Shown in pieces: positions 13,926 to 27,590 of a stretch of 64,000 nt of DNA. The notes under the pieces were generated by a model, which saw only the letters and a list, made by a program, of their open reading frames with translations, had not been told where the DNA came from and made no database searches. The DNA comes from Callorhinchus milii (lineage: Eukaryota), in NCBI RefSeq assembly GCF_018977255.1, contig NW_024704742.1, forward strand, positions 105,216,001-105,280,000, given 5' to 3'. The translations under genes were made by a program, and so were the position numbers. How positions within the stretch are numbered: the first letter of the stretch is position 1; each line of letters opens with the position of its first letter.

Positions 13926-15542
13926 CTTGCAGGAAATTGGCTTCAAAATTAAAGATTGTATTTAAGTATTAAACCCCGAACAAGGTGGTAATTCTACCCC
14001 AACAGTATGTGGAAGTGTGTTTTGCGGCTATAGTTTACAATAAGCCACAAAAACAATTCATAAATGGTTTATAATTGTCATAAAAACACCAAGCTGAAAT
14101 AGCATATTTATACTCAAACTACATTATATACACATTACTACTATTTCAATAAAATAAAAACAATACAAATGGTAGATAAAACTAGTATTTGCATTATACT
14201 TTATTGATTGTAGGCTGTAAGGCCAAACCATTGCTCAATGGATAAGGGTGTGTACAAATTTTAGCTGGTAAATGGTGGCATTGCTCTCACAATTTTCATG
14301 CTGAGCTATGCTGCTTACTGGAAGCTCACAAGGAATTCCTTGAACTTGCTGTCCACCTTGTGAGGGCTCAAACCTGCACTTGTTGAATATCTAATGAGCA
14401 TCTGTGACTAGTGGAGGAGGCAAGGTTTTTTTTTTGAGGCTGTACAAGCTCCTACGTGATCTGATTGACAATGTAATATTGGAATCGAGTGAATCTATTG
14501 TGGTTGTTTCAGCAGTCTGGTACCTGGTCCATCAACAGGCCAGGATTCTTCCCACTTGGCTTCTGTTAACCCTGCAAGTAAAAACCCTTAAGGGTAGGAT
14601 GGTGCTTACTGGATAAGTAGCAGATAATGTTCACAATGACCAGCTCTGCAGTTTCAGCTGGTTAAACTCCAGTTGTACCCCATTGCACAATTGGGGTCCT
14701 CAAGCCTTGGCTCCTTCTAACCTACACCTCATACTTTCCAGAATTATACAAGAAGATTGAACACCTCCTGGAAGAGAGTACCGCACGACATCCCACACAA
14801 ATAAGAAATTTTCACGCATAGCTGCCATATGTATGTAGAACTCTCAGTCTGGTTTGGATACTCTTAGGCATGTGATGAATTTCCGCATAGGTCAGACACA
14901 TGAGCTGACTAAAATAAAGTAAAAAAGTACAAAATAATGATGTTACATGAATATGACAGTATAACAGATGGATTACTTTGCAGTTCTAAAGTACAATTAC
15001 TACATAATATTTAATAGGCTCTTAATTCCCTTACAACAGTATCCTCAATCAATTTAATCAATTTAATTATAGTAATTAATTTATTACCACCCAGTGGCAA
15101 GAGAGAATTACTACAATTACTGGTTGAACCAGGAACACGCTTAAAGCAATTACAATAAAGTAATAATAATCCCTCCAAAAGACAATAATGGGTAATTTTC
15201 AATCCATGACTGTTTGTGGGACACTGCTGTGTGCGATTGGCTGCCATGTTTCACCCACAAATATAGTCAATTCACTTTACAGCATATACTGTGAAGCGCT
15301 TTGAGACATCTAGAAGACATGAAAAGCGATATATCATTTGATGAAGTGCTTTATCAAGTTATCAATATCTCAAGCCCTTCAGAGTATTTTACTGTCAAAT
15401 GCGGAGACTAAATACAGTAGTTGTAGGTGAATGCGTCTGCCAATTTGCACACATTGGCCCAAAGGCTATGAAATTAAAATTGTCAATGTCATAAACATTC
15501 TTGATAGGCACATAACACTTCACAATATAGTGATACAGTGTT

Positions 15543-15965
15543 TAGTGTCAGACTAGCTCATTTGTGGCACTCTCAACTCTGAGTCAGAAGATGGGTTTAA
15601 GTCCCACTTTGGGACTTTGAACTCATATTTTCTGACACTAACCTGGGTGTGTGCTGCATTATTGGAGGTGTTGGCCTTCAAATAAGATGTTTCACCGAGG
15701 TTCTGCCTACCTGCTCAGGTGAATGTTAAAGATCCCATGGCACAATTTGAAAACAGAACGGAATTCCTCCCGGTGTCCGAGCCAACAATTTCCCAAATAA
15801 AATTGATCATTTGCTTCATGGCTATTTTTGGGACATCGTTGTGCACAAATTGGCTGCCATATTTTGCCAATAAAATACAGTCACTGCACTTTAAGATATA
15901 TCCTGTGAAGCATTTGAGACATCCTCCCAAAGTGAAAGGCACTACATAAAATATAAGCATTTTTT
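15543..15965 (+). mobile_element. Near full-length old DeuSINE (SacSINE1-like)
   Basis: tRNA-like head, Deu domain (CAGGTGAATGTTAAAGATCCCATGGCAC) and L2-type tail. Confidence 0.8.
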
Positions 15966-16894
15966 TTCATAGACGTAAAACAAGGACTGGACAATTTCTA
16001 TTTTATGTCCTGAAACCATAAGTGAGTCAGACGAGGACATTTTAGGAAGAGAAAGAAAGTCATAAGAGGACAAGACCATTTTTTTTTCAGCAAAATTGTT
16101 TTTATGGATTTCTTTAGAGTACATTACAGTCTGGATATAATTAAGTTGGAAATCAGTGCAAGGTTGGCAATTATACAATATAATACAGCACAATTTCATT
16201 TCTACAGTGCTTTTCACATTGAGAGGATGGCTCAAGGAACTTGATATCACTGGCTGAGCTGGGCATGGGAGCCAGAGGGGGTGGGGAGGGAAAAGATGAC
16301 CGAAAGTGCAGTCAAAAAGGTACGCCTTGAAACGAGCCTTAGACAAAGTATTTACATATTCTGTTAAAATAAATTATTGTCACTATTAAAAACAGATGCA
16401 AAACAAAGTACCAAACAATGAAATCCTTTCTTTTCTGGCCCCTTTAGCAAGTTGTCTTTTGGAGCAGTTTAACAGTCACCAGAAACTAATTGAAAACACA
16501 TATTTTATTTACAAGGATATGTGATGGTTCAACTCCCATTTGATTGTTGCATCCAATACACATTGGTCTAAACTGGTGAGGTGCAGAAGGATTCATAATC
16601 AATGATTCTTTGGACGTATTGCAGCCAACCCTTTGTGTGTCTGCTCAGCAAACAACTGAGAACTCAAATCAGAACCGAGGTTATCATCAGAGTGGAGATC
16701 CCGAGGGTCATCCTCGACACATCAGGGATTCACTTGTTCTGATTTATCTTGTGACCTCGAACTGCCCAATGCAAGACCTTGTTTAAAAAAAACATACAAA
16801 AATACAGGTATATACATTTTTGTTGTTGAATTATTCAAAATTGCTGGAAGCAGTTACTGAAAATATAGAAGTGTTGAGAGATTTTTTAAAATTA

Positions 16895-17360
16895 ATTGGG
16901 TATCTGACACATAGAAACCCATCACCATGTTTAAGAGCATCCAAACCAAATTAATGAGAGTTCCACATATGAAGGAAGTTTCCCTGTGACAGGGACGCAC
17001 CTGCTCATCTAATCCAAGAATTATTAGGCGCAGGTTGTTGAGAGCCAAGGTTTGGGAACCCAAGAATCTGTGTTGGGAGCTCGTAGAGTTTAATCGGCTA
17101 AAACAGTTTGCCATTATGAATACTATCGGGCAAGCCTCCCACTCCTTGTCCAGCGAGACCACCTTACCTTACAAGCTTTGACTTGCAATGTTAACGGGAG
17201 CGATAAGTGGTGAATGGTTAGAATACCTGCCCCAAAGGACTGGTAATTTGCTCCTCCAAGTCCTTCTGATGAATCACTCTGGCTGGTCTGTCATCAACAG
17301 TACTTTGTAAGTACTGCAAGCCTGCCTGGTTCAGGAACTGGATGACCGCGATCACCATAC
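16895..17360. repeat. Unclassified ancient interspersed repeat; other copies at ~14500-14900 and ~42400-42910 in the opposite orientation
   Basis: Shared blocks such as GTTTGGAT(A/G)CTCTTA..CATG(G)TGATG and TGCAAGT(C/A)AAA occur in all three copies. Confidence 0.7.
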
Positions 17361-19693
17361 TACAAAGCATGATTTCGCTAGAAGTCCTTTTTTCATTAAA
17401 TTGTCCATCCAGTTTGATGCATGCAAGCTCTTCACTGATGTCTTTAACTAGATGGCAAAAATGGAACATCTTTACCTTGATCATTCTCCTCAATAAACTG
17501 ATCTGCATACACCACCTTTGAAGTATTGAATCATTGGCACATCTCGATGCCCAGTATAATTAAAGAAACCAAAGTTAAGGTACATTTCAAAAACCCTGAC
17601 CCTTTTCTCATTACTAGCCTTCAATGTCCAATTCTATCCTATTTAAGAGCAATCTCAATATTCAAGATTTTCAGAAATGTAGCTTAATTTATATTTTTAA
17701 TATCGCTATTCTTCCAGATGACACTTAAATCTGTGAAAGCTTTTCATGCTGTCTCAACTCAATTCCTCACTGAACCCCCCCCCCCCCCCATAATTTCCAT
17801 CTACAAAACTGATTTTTTCAGTATTTATCACAAGATTTGATAACTTTGCCACCACTGCCCACTTGCATGTTTGTCTTCTTAATTTTGTGAGGTTTTCCTC
17901 AGTTTTTCATGTGACATTCAGCATCAGCTGCTGTGTTTCATGTTCAATGTTGCTAATCAAATGGATGTAATCTGGAAAAGATTCTGACCTTTTCTGTCTC
18001 CGATATTAATTCCTGGGTCTGTTCCTATGTTATCACTGCAGGTTGCATCATGCTTTGCAATGGATGAGGCTTTGTTTTTGTATAATAACAGCATGTCAAT
18101 CTTGGATGGGAAAATTGCACTGTTTGGACATCACCCAGGCTTGGCTGAAGCCTCTGGACTTGTTATTTAAATTAATCATTTTAAAGAAAGGAAATCGCAA
18201 GTAAAACAAACAAACCTTTATCCTGTTTCATTTTATAAACATTTACAGGTGTAGGTTTTGTAACATCTATGCTGCAGTATTCTGTTATTTGGATATAAGA
18301 ATGTTTCCCAATATCTTATGCATATGGATGTGTCCCACAGCTAATTCACTCCATAAATCTACTTAGCTTGGCATCTGCAACATGTGTCAGCTCAGCCATG
18401 AATCCAGTGATTAATGAAATTCAATATTTTTGCCACAACAAATTGCCTCAGTTCATAATTCTCACACACCATTGGGAAGTGAACAGAGCCCAGCTGAACC
18501 TAAAATGGCTTTCAAAACATACATTTTATTTCTATGACAACCTTTAACCTAAAAATGTAAAAAAACACATTTCTGATATAAAACTTATGAATCCTGGTAA
18601 ATATCCAATCACTGTGCCAAAAACCTGCTGATTTTGAACCCGGGTGAGTGTAAACTGCAGCTGGAGAAAGCCCATTGACAAGAATATACTTGTTCAGCAA
18701 CATTTTTAAAATAATAATGCTTTCATTTGAGATTGTGCCTTATCATGTCATTAAAGCATCTCAAAGCCCTTTGGGAGGTGAATTTTGTAGGTGAATGAGG
18801 CAGCCAATTTGGGCAGACCAATGTCCTACAAGCAATCGTGAAGTGAATGTTGAATTTTATCCACAGGATTTAGAGGAAACTGAGAGAAACTCACTTTTTG
18901 TTTCAATAATCAGGCAGGAGGAACCTCAGTTTAACACTTTATCCAGAGGAAACCACTTAATTCCCTCTCAGGAATCCAGTCTCTGATCCATCTCCTTTGT
19001 GCTGCATTTCTGAATCGCTGGACAGTTCAACCCTGCGTTATACATGTTCCCGCAGAATCCTGGCTCCGTGGCAGGTATTGATTCTCTTGTTCCTGCCCCC
19101 AACCCCCAGGCTTGACACAAAATAAGTGATTTCTTATGAAGACGTAAAGACATTACAGACATTTACATGATTAGGTAAATGTGTTGCCATTTGTGTTCCT
19201 TCATTCACTTCATGGAGTTTGATGTGATGATATAAAAAATCTGGTAATTGGGTGTACAATATTACACACTGTATCCTCTCTGTTTCAAAGAGAGGATTGT
19301 TGTTGACAATCCTAGAATATCTGAATGGAGCCAGTTCAAATCTTTCTAAAACAGCCAGTCAAAAAAAAATCACAAGACCCATTCCACTTCCTTGGGAGAA
19401 TCTTTAGCATGAACATCTTTATATTAAAGAACCCATAGCACTATACAATAAGAGAACATAGTTTCTCCTGGTGTCTGGCCAACAATCCCCCAGATAAAAT
19501 TGTTCATTCACTGCATGAATGTCAGAAGTGTCCATGAAGCAGTCTGAAGTGTTTCGACAGGATAAGGTATGATATCAAATGCAAGGATTATTATAAAATA
19601 GTTTAGGAAATATTTATCCTTGTGTAATGTAATTATTCCTGTTTGCTCTTGTATTGGTGTGCGGCAGGCAGAAACCCCCACCCCCCGCACATT

Positions 19694-20016
19694 GTGGAGT
19701 CCTGTAGCTCAGTGGTTAGAGCACTCGCTTTGCAAGCGAGAGACCTGAGTTCAATTCCAGGCAGAGGGCAAAACCTTGGGCAAGTTTCCTTACTCCACAC
19801 AGAGCCTAATAATAATCCCTCCAAAAACCCAAAACAATAATAAATTGGTTATTTTCAATCTACGACTGTTTGTGGGACATTGCTGTGCGCAATTGGCTGC
19901 CGCGTTCGCCTACAAATATACAGTCAATTCACTTTACAGTGTGTTCTGTGAAGCGCTTTAGGAAGTCCTCCCGACGTGAAAAGCGCTACATCAACTGCAA
20001 GGATTATTATTATTAT
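19694..20016 (+). mobile_element. Young tRNA-Ala(TGC)-derived SINE, short form
   Basis: GTGGAGTCCTGTAGCTCAGTGGTTAGAGCACTCGCTTTGCAAGCGAG head, Deu-like 3' body and (TTA)n tail. Confidence 0.9.
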
Positions 20017-21029
20017 ATTATTATATTGAGAGGAAAACTGAGTTGCACGCTCTCCTTTTTCACAAAGAGTTTACTTTCATGGACAGAAATGAGGAATTAA
20101 GGGATTAATGGATGTCTCAAGAGGGAAGCAATATGCATGAAATGGATGTAATATCAGAAAGACAGCAGATTGGGACTTGGTTTGAGAGCTTGCCAGGCTT
20201 TGATTTATTGCAGCTGCACCATTAGGCTTGCCAACAAGAAGTTTCAGAGGTAATTTTTCTCAGCAATAAGGAACGACTGAGAATTACATGTTTGTATTAT
20301 TTATCTGGTTACTAGCTGAATTTTAATTTTCTGTTGAGAAGTTCATTTAGAGATGCAAGTTTAATGTAAAATTTTAACCAAAATACAAAGTGGATCAAGC
20401 TGTACCATGTGTAATTAAAAACTCCTCTGCCCGGATACTCACCCGCACAAAACTCCGTGCCCCCATCGGTACACCAATCCTTGCCAGGCTCCACAAGGAT
20501 TACCGAACAAATCAATTTCAACCTTCAGTCACTCGTTTTCAAATCTCTTCATGATCTCACACCTCCCTACCTATCTACCTATCCAATCTGTGTATCCCCC
20601 ACCCTCACTCCACCACCCACTGCCTCCGCTTGGCTGGCTCCGACCTCCTGTCTGTCCCTTGTCCCCTCCACCATCGGTGGCTGTGCCTTCAGGCCTTCAG
20701 CCCTGAAACTCTTTCCCTTAATCCCTCCGCCTTGGCCCCTCATAAAGTGAATTGACTATGTATTTTGTGGGCGAAACGCGGTAGTCAATTGCATACTGTA
20801 GTGTCCCACAAACAGTCGTGGATTGAGTGACAACTTTTTAAAAAAAAAATAGATTATTAACCCCAGAAAGAGATCCGCCAATTGATAAACAACTGGGTTC
20901 TTACTTACTGCTGGATAAACAATGTTTAACAGTTAAAATTAGGTCCCCTCTGACTTTTCAAAAAGAGAGGGGAGTTCCTCCTGTTATCCTGGCCAACTAC
21001 AGTTTAAAGTAAAAAAATAATAAATAATT

Positions 21030-21380
21030 TTTGCATTTCATATAGTGCCTTATCATGTCATCAAGATGTCTTAACGCATTTCACAGGAATTACTTTGAAA
21101 TGGGGAGACTGTATTTGTAAGCAAATACAGCAGCCACGTTATGCACAGCTATGCCCACAAACAGTCCTAAAATGAATGATCAATTTTATCTGGGGGATTG
21201 TTTGCCAGTACACTGGCCAACAATTGGCCTCTTTGCGAATAGTGTCATGCAAGCTTTAACGTCCCTCTGAACATGCAGGAGGAGTCGACATTTAATGCCT
21301 CATCTTAACGACGGCACTTCAGACACTGCTGGACTCCCAGGACTGTATTGGAGCATTAGCCTGAATTTGGAGCTCAAAAT
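21030..21380 (-). mobile_element. Old DeuSINE (SacSINE1-like)
   Basis: Reverse complement resembles the Deu domain and SINE tail. Confidence 0.65.
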
Positions 21381-22359
21381 CTTGATGGGTCTTCTTATAA
21401 TCCTGTAAAGAAGCACTTTGAGACATTTTGATAACTTAAGAAGCTATATCAAATGCAAGGATTATTATCTGAATGAGTGGGAAAATCCACCCTACTTTTT
21501 AATCTCTTTCAATCACACTGATCTGGCTGCTCCCTTCACTCAGTGAATACTGGCCTGCTTCATGTCCTCCATCCTAAACACCCCACCTTTGGCAGCCAGG
21601 CTTTCACCCTTTCTGCCCACTCTATGGACTACATCCCAGAGTCCCTCTGACTCATTCCTTTCCCTCATTCAAGGCACATCCCCTATGTACGTTTAACCAT
21701 GCTTTTGGTCATTTTTGAACCCATCCTTGGTGCCCACCTCCAGTTTGGGTGCCAATCCAGCATTATTGGATTGTGTGCTTTGAGACATCCTCTGGCACGG
21801 TATAAATCTAAATTGCATTGTGTTATGATACAATATAGGCCAAAAAAATTATGAGATGGTTGCAGAAATGTAAGCTTCGATAATAATAATAATAATCCTT
21901 GCATTTAATATATCGCCTTTCAGATTGGAAGGAAATCTCAAAACATTTCACACATTGTGGGGGTCCTGGTCTTGGTTTAACTTCCATGAAACTATTCACT
22001 TTGCAGTTGAATCCATGCAATAGATTTGTGTGTGATATTTTAAGTTTCCTTGCGTAACTATTGATGCTTTATCCTGGAGCTCCCTCTAATGGCATAGAGA
22101 GTAAATCAACTATCTTATGTTATATTGAGCCGTAAAACAGGAAAACCTCAACTTCAATCCTCAGCCTGTGCTGACATAGCTAATGTCAGCTGGAGCAGCA
22201 GTTCTGACCCGACAATTAGCCCCAATGGCCCCAGACTTCAGAAAACAATCTTAATAGATCTTGTTCTTTTTTGCTCTCCAATGATTTATGCTGTAACGTA
22301 CAATGTAGATGCTGGAAGATGATGGGACTGAGTTCCATCCTAGCATTCAAATAACTTGA

Positions 22360-23310
22360 AATGCGTGACAACAATGCCACCATCTTCCTGACCGCACCTT
22401 GGACACACGTCCATTCACATTGAGTGATGTTTCCACCAGTTGGAGGTGTGAACCTTAAGCAGCAGCTGCTTACCTCTCTGCAAGGCAAACAAGGTAGATT
22501 TCAAGCGCTGGCTATACAAACACATGTTCACTCCAGGTAATGCCTTTCGGTAGCTATTGCCCCAAACCACAGAATTTCCTCGTCAACTATCTGATGGACA
22601 TCTGTCTTCAGTGTGGTGGGAGGACCTTTACAGGACAGCCTGTGACGTGTCAGTCACCTTGATGTTCTTGAGGTCTAATTCCAATACCGTATACAAGGCT
22701 TACACCACACCAGCTGCTTAATTCAGGGGCCCTCTTAATAGATGTGTCCTCCGTGAAGCCGACTCCACCTCCAGGATGCTTAGTAACAGGTCACTGTAGG
22801 CTGGAGCCCTCCCTGCCTGTAGCCGCTTCCTGTGTTTGTCACAAATCTACCTCACTGCTTGATTCGAGACTTTGCAGATGGGCTAAAGGAAGCCCCACCA
22901 CTGCGTCCCGGGAGCTCAGATCCAAAAAGAACTGTTTGCACACTGGTATTATACTCCGCAAACGTGACCTCTATTGGGACCTTGCTGTCCTTGAAGAGAG
23001 ATCAGTGAGCTTCACCTCTACTCTGCGCGATCCTTCAGGACAGTGTTCAGGCAGAGGTTGGTGTCCACCACAATCCCAAGGCAAGTTGAAAGTTCCTGGT
23101 TTGGATCCTTAAGATCCTCACCATTGTCTGTTCCTCTCCCCCTTCCCTCAGAGCAGGTTTTAATGAGCATTAATGACATCTCCACCAGCTGCCTAGCCTT
23201 TCCATTAGCACAGCACCACAGTGCGGAGTCTACCTCCTCCCAGTGGATTACGTAGTTAAGACCTTCAATCTGTTCCAGATCTCCCGTCAGTTCTTCCATC
23301 CTCCATGCAG
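22360..23310 (-). pseudogene. Decayed Ty3/Gypsy gag of the PNMA-like type
   Basis: Minus-strand pieces in expected order: EELTGDLEQIEGL, EVTFAEYNTSVQTVLFGSE, SRIKQ, KRLQAGRAPAYSDLLLSILEVE and CPRCGQEDG (zinc-knuckle-like). Interrupted by stops and frameshifts. Confidence 0.5.
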
Positions 23311-24321
23311 ATAATAATAATAATAATAATAGATGTTCAGCACCATTGGTCACCATGGCAATACAGGACGTAGGCTGAGTCAGGAAGTGAAAAGAAAAAA
23401 ATCAGAAGCCATTTTCAGAGGAGCGCTCGGGTAGCGGGGGCACTCAGGGACTTTCCTGATTTCCTAAATATTCAGTTTTCCCCTGGAGGTTACCCAGCCA
23501 TGCTGAGCAATGCAATTGGAGACCACAGTATGTGCCAAACCATCACCGTCACAATTGATTGTTGATCCATCCTTCACTCCATGGAATTTGTGAACCTTGG
23601 AACGGAAGCAGAGGGCACCTCTGTCGAAGGCTCATGTTTCATCTTTCAAGGTTCACACATGAATAATGACCATAAAAAGCATAACAAACTGAACATGCAC
23701 AACTTTCTAGTTTCAGATTTCATTCAGAGTTTATAAAATCTGAAAGAAAAAGAATGAGATTCATGATTGGATTCCAGGCAACCAATAAAACCACAATCTA
23801 AGCTCTCACCAAAAAAGCACAGCAGTTAGCTGTACCCTGAGCACAGTGTCAATTTTAGATAATGCATAAATCTGAGGTACCGTCTTCCTGTTTTTCAGGT
23901 TAATGTTAAAGATCACATTGCATTACTGGAAAAGCACAGCAACTTTCTCCTCGTATCCAGACCAACAATCTTCCAGATTAATTGGTTATTCACATCATGA
24001 CTGTTTGTGGGATTTTGATGGGGCAAATAACTGCCATGTTTGCCTACAAACTAGTCAATACACTTGACCATGATTACTTGTGAGGTGTTTTGAGATGTTT
24101 TGATTTGATAAGATGCTATAAAAATGTACATTCCATCTTTGAAAGAGGTTCAGGTCGATTTGAGCAAAAACCAAACTAATTGCACTACGCAAAACAGGAT
24201 ACATAGAAACTCCATTTACAATCCCATAAGAGTTATCACAATAGCTCATAACTCTGGTATTAATTGTAATGGAGGAGTCCTGGAGTCTATTCCTCCAATA
24301 ATAATGGGAGGAATAGTAATA

Positions 24322-24625
24322 GTGGAGTCCTGCAGCTCAGTGGTTAGAGTACTCGCCTTGCAAGTGAGAAGCATGGGTTTGATTCCTGGCAGGGCAAAAC
24401 CTTGGGCAAGTTTCCTTACCCATACATGCGATAATAATCCCTGAAGAAAAAAACAATAATAAATTGTTCACTTCAATCCACGACTGTTTGTGGGACACTG
24501 TCGTGCGCAATTGGCTGTCTTGTTTTGCCCACAAATAAACAGTCGATTCACTTTACAGTATATTCCATGAAGCGTTTTGAGAAGACGTGAAAAGTGCTAT
24601 ATCAAATGCAAGAATTATTATTATT
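24322..24625 (+). mobile_element. Young tRNA-Ala SINE, short form, abutting an inverted SINE tail (24630-24690)
   Basis: Same head, body and tail as the 19694 copy. Confidence 0.88.
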
Positions 24626-24989
24626 TTATTATAATAATCCTTGCATTTGATATAGCGCCTTATCACCTCTTTGAGACGTCTCAAAGACGTTAGACTCCAG
24701 CAGTTACACCCACACACTCTGGGGTCCCCAGCCAACCTGCCAATACTTTCTGGAATGAAGTAACAGATGCCTCCCTGTAGGGAGAGAGTGCACATTCCAA
24801 TAAATATCTCTGGGATTCCCCTGTGCCGGGGGGATACACGGGTTTCCACATCTGATTTGATAAGATGTCTGAACCCAAAACAACAAAACATTTGGCTGCA
24901 GCCAAAGCCCTGATAATGAGGGAGAGGGTCCAGGCCGATCAGGTCCAGCGCCGCGTCACTCCCACCGTATTACACACACTGAGGGACTC

Positions 24990-27590
24990 CACCCCCGCAC
25001 CCCGAGTGCCAGCCCCCCCCCACCCCAGCACCCCGAGTGCCAGCCCCCCCCACCCCAGCACCCCGAGTGCCAGCCCCCCCCCACCCCAGCACCCCGAGTG
25101 CCAGCCCCCCCCCCACCCCAGCACCCCGAGTGCCAGCCCCCCCCCCACCCCAGCACCCCGAGTGCCAGCCCCCCCACCCCAGCACCCCGAGTGCCAGCCA
25201 CCCCACCCCAGCACCCCGAGTGCCAGCCCCCCCCCACCCCAGCACCCGAGTGCCAGCCCCCCCACCCCAGCACCCCGAGTGCCAGCCCCCCCCACCCCAG
25301 CACCCCGAGTGCCAGCCCCCCCCACCCCGCACCCCGAGTGCCAGCCCCCCCCCACCCCAGCACCCCGAGTGCCAGCCCCCCCCCACCCCAGCACCCCGAG
25401 TGCCAGCCCCCCCCCACCCCAGCACCCTGAGCGCCAGCCCCCCACCCCAGCACCCCGAGTGCCAGCCCCCCCACCACCCCAGCACCCTGGGCGCCAGCCC
25501 CCCCAACCCAGCACCCGAGTGCCAGCCCCCCGCACCCCAGCACCCCGAGTGCCAGCCCCCCCCACCCCAGCACCCCGAGTGCCAGCCCCCCCACCCCAGC
25601 ACCCCGAGTGCCAGCCCCCCCCCACCCCAGCACCCCGAGTGCCAGCCCCCCCACCCCAGCACCCCGAGTGCCAGCCCCCCCCACCCCAGCACCCCGAGTG
25701 CCAGCCCCCCCCCCACCCCAGCCCCCGAGTGCCAGCCCCCCCGCACCCGAGTGCCAGCCCCCCCCACCCCAGCACCCCGAGTGCCAGCCCCCCACCCACC
25801 CCAGCACCCCGAGTGCCAGCCCCCCCCCACCCCAGCACCCCGAGTGCCAGCCCCCCCCCACCCAGCACCCCGAGTGCCAGCCCCCCCACCCAGAGTGCCA
25901 GCCCCCCCACCCCAGCACCCTTGAGTGCCAGCCCCCCCACCCCAGCACCCTGAGCGCCAGCCCCCCCACCCCAGCACCCCGAGTGCCAGCCCCCCCCACC
26001 CCAGCACCCCGAGTGCCAGCCCCCCCACCCCAGCACCCCGAGTGCCAGCCCCCCCCACCCCAGCACCCGAGTGCCAGCCCCCCCCACCCCTGCACCCCGA
26101 GTGCCAGCCCCCCCCACCCCAGCACCCCGAGTGCCAGCCCCCCCCCACCCCAGCACCCCGAGTGCCAGCCCCCCCCACCCCAGCACCCTGAGCGCCAGCC
26201 CCCCCACCCCAGCACCCGAGTGCCAGCCCCCCACCACCCAGCACCCTGGGCGCCAGCCCCCCCAACCCAGCACCCCGAGTGCCAGCCCCCCCCACCCCAG
26301 CACCCCGAGTGCCAGCCCCCCCGCACCCCAGCACCCGAGTGCCAGCCCCCCCGCACCCCAGCACCCCGAGTGCCAGCCCCCCCGCACCCCAGCACCCCGA
26401 GTGCCAGCCCCCCCCACCCCAGCACCCCGAGTGCCAGCCCCCCCCCACCCCAGCACCCCGAGTGCCAGCCCCCCCCACCCCAGCACCCCGAGTGCCAGCC
26501 CCCCCACCCCAGCACCCCGAGTGCCAGCCCCCCCCCACCCCAGCACCCCGAGTGCCAGCCCCCCCCCCCACCCCAGCACCCCGAGTGCCAGCCCCCCCGC
26601 ACCACGAGTGCCAGCCACCCCCCCACCCCAGCACCCCGAGTGCCAGCCCCCACCCACCCCAGCACCCCGAGTGCCAGCCCCCCCCCACCCCAGCACCCGA
26701 GTGCCAGCCCCCCCCACCCCAGCACCCCGAGTGCCAGCCCCCCCACCCAGAGTGCCAGCCCCCCCACCCCAGCACCCTTGAGTGCCAGCCCCCCCAACCC
26801 AGCACCCTGAGCGCCAGCCCCCCCACCCCAGCACCCCGAGTGCCAGCCCCCCCCACCCCAGCACCCCGAGTGCCAGCCCCCCCCCCCACCCCCGCACCCC
26901 GAGTGCCAGCCCCCCCCACCCCAGCACCCCGAGTGCCAGCCCCCCCCCACTCCAGCACCGTTGAGTGCCAGCCCCCCCCCCACCCCGCACCCCGAGTGCC
27001 AGCCCCCCCCCACCCCAGCACCCCGAGTGCCAGCCCCCCCCACCCCAGCACCCCGAGTGCCAGCCCCCCCCCACCCCAGCACCCCGAGTGCCAGCCCCCC
27101 ACCCCAGCACCCCGAGTGCCAGCCCCCCCCACCCCTGGCACTCTGAGTTCCAGCCCCCCCCCACCCCAGCCCCCGAGTGCCAGCCCCCACCCCTGCACCC
27201 CAAGTGCCAGCCCCCCCCCACACCCCAATTGCCAGCCCCCCACCCCAGCACCCCGAGTGCCAGCCCCCCACCCCAGCACCCGAGTGCCAGCCCCCCACCC
27301 CAGCACCCCGAGTGCCAGCCCCCCCCCACCCCAGCACCCCGAGTGCCAGCCCCCCACCCCAGCACCCCGAGTGCCAGCCCCCCCCCACCCCAGCACCCCG
27401 AGTGCCAGCCACCCCCACCCCTGGCACTCTGAGTTCCAGCCCCCCCCCCCCAGCCCCCCGAGTGCCAGCCCCCACCCCTGCACCCCAAGTGCCAGCCCCC
27501 CCCACACCCCAATTGCCAGCCCCCCCACCCCAGCACCCCGAGTGCCAGCCCCCCCACCCCAGCACCCCGAGTGCCAGCCCCCCCCCCACC
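24990..27590. repeat. C-rich minisatellite, unit ~28-32 bp (CCCCAGCACCCCGAGTGCCAG-Cn-A)
   Basis: Directly visible tandem array of ~2.6 kb with variable C-run length. Confidence 0.98.

Noticed and set aside
16560..18170. Coding exons of a minus-strand gene (ORFs 17218-17508 and 16854-17162; reading frames near 16600-16780 and 17850-18160 broken by TGA)
   Set aside because: No recognisable protein, frequent stops, and the main ORFs overlap the unclassified repeat. In-frame TGAs alone do not support selenocysteine.
19220..19330. C/D box snoRNA candidate (GTGATGA...CTGA with short internal hairpins)
   Set aside because: No convincing terminal stem, no recognisable guide sequence and no + strand host gene here.
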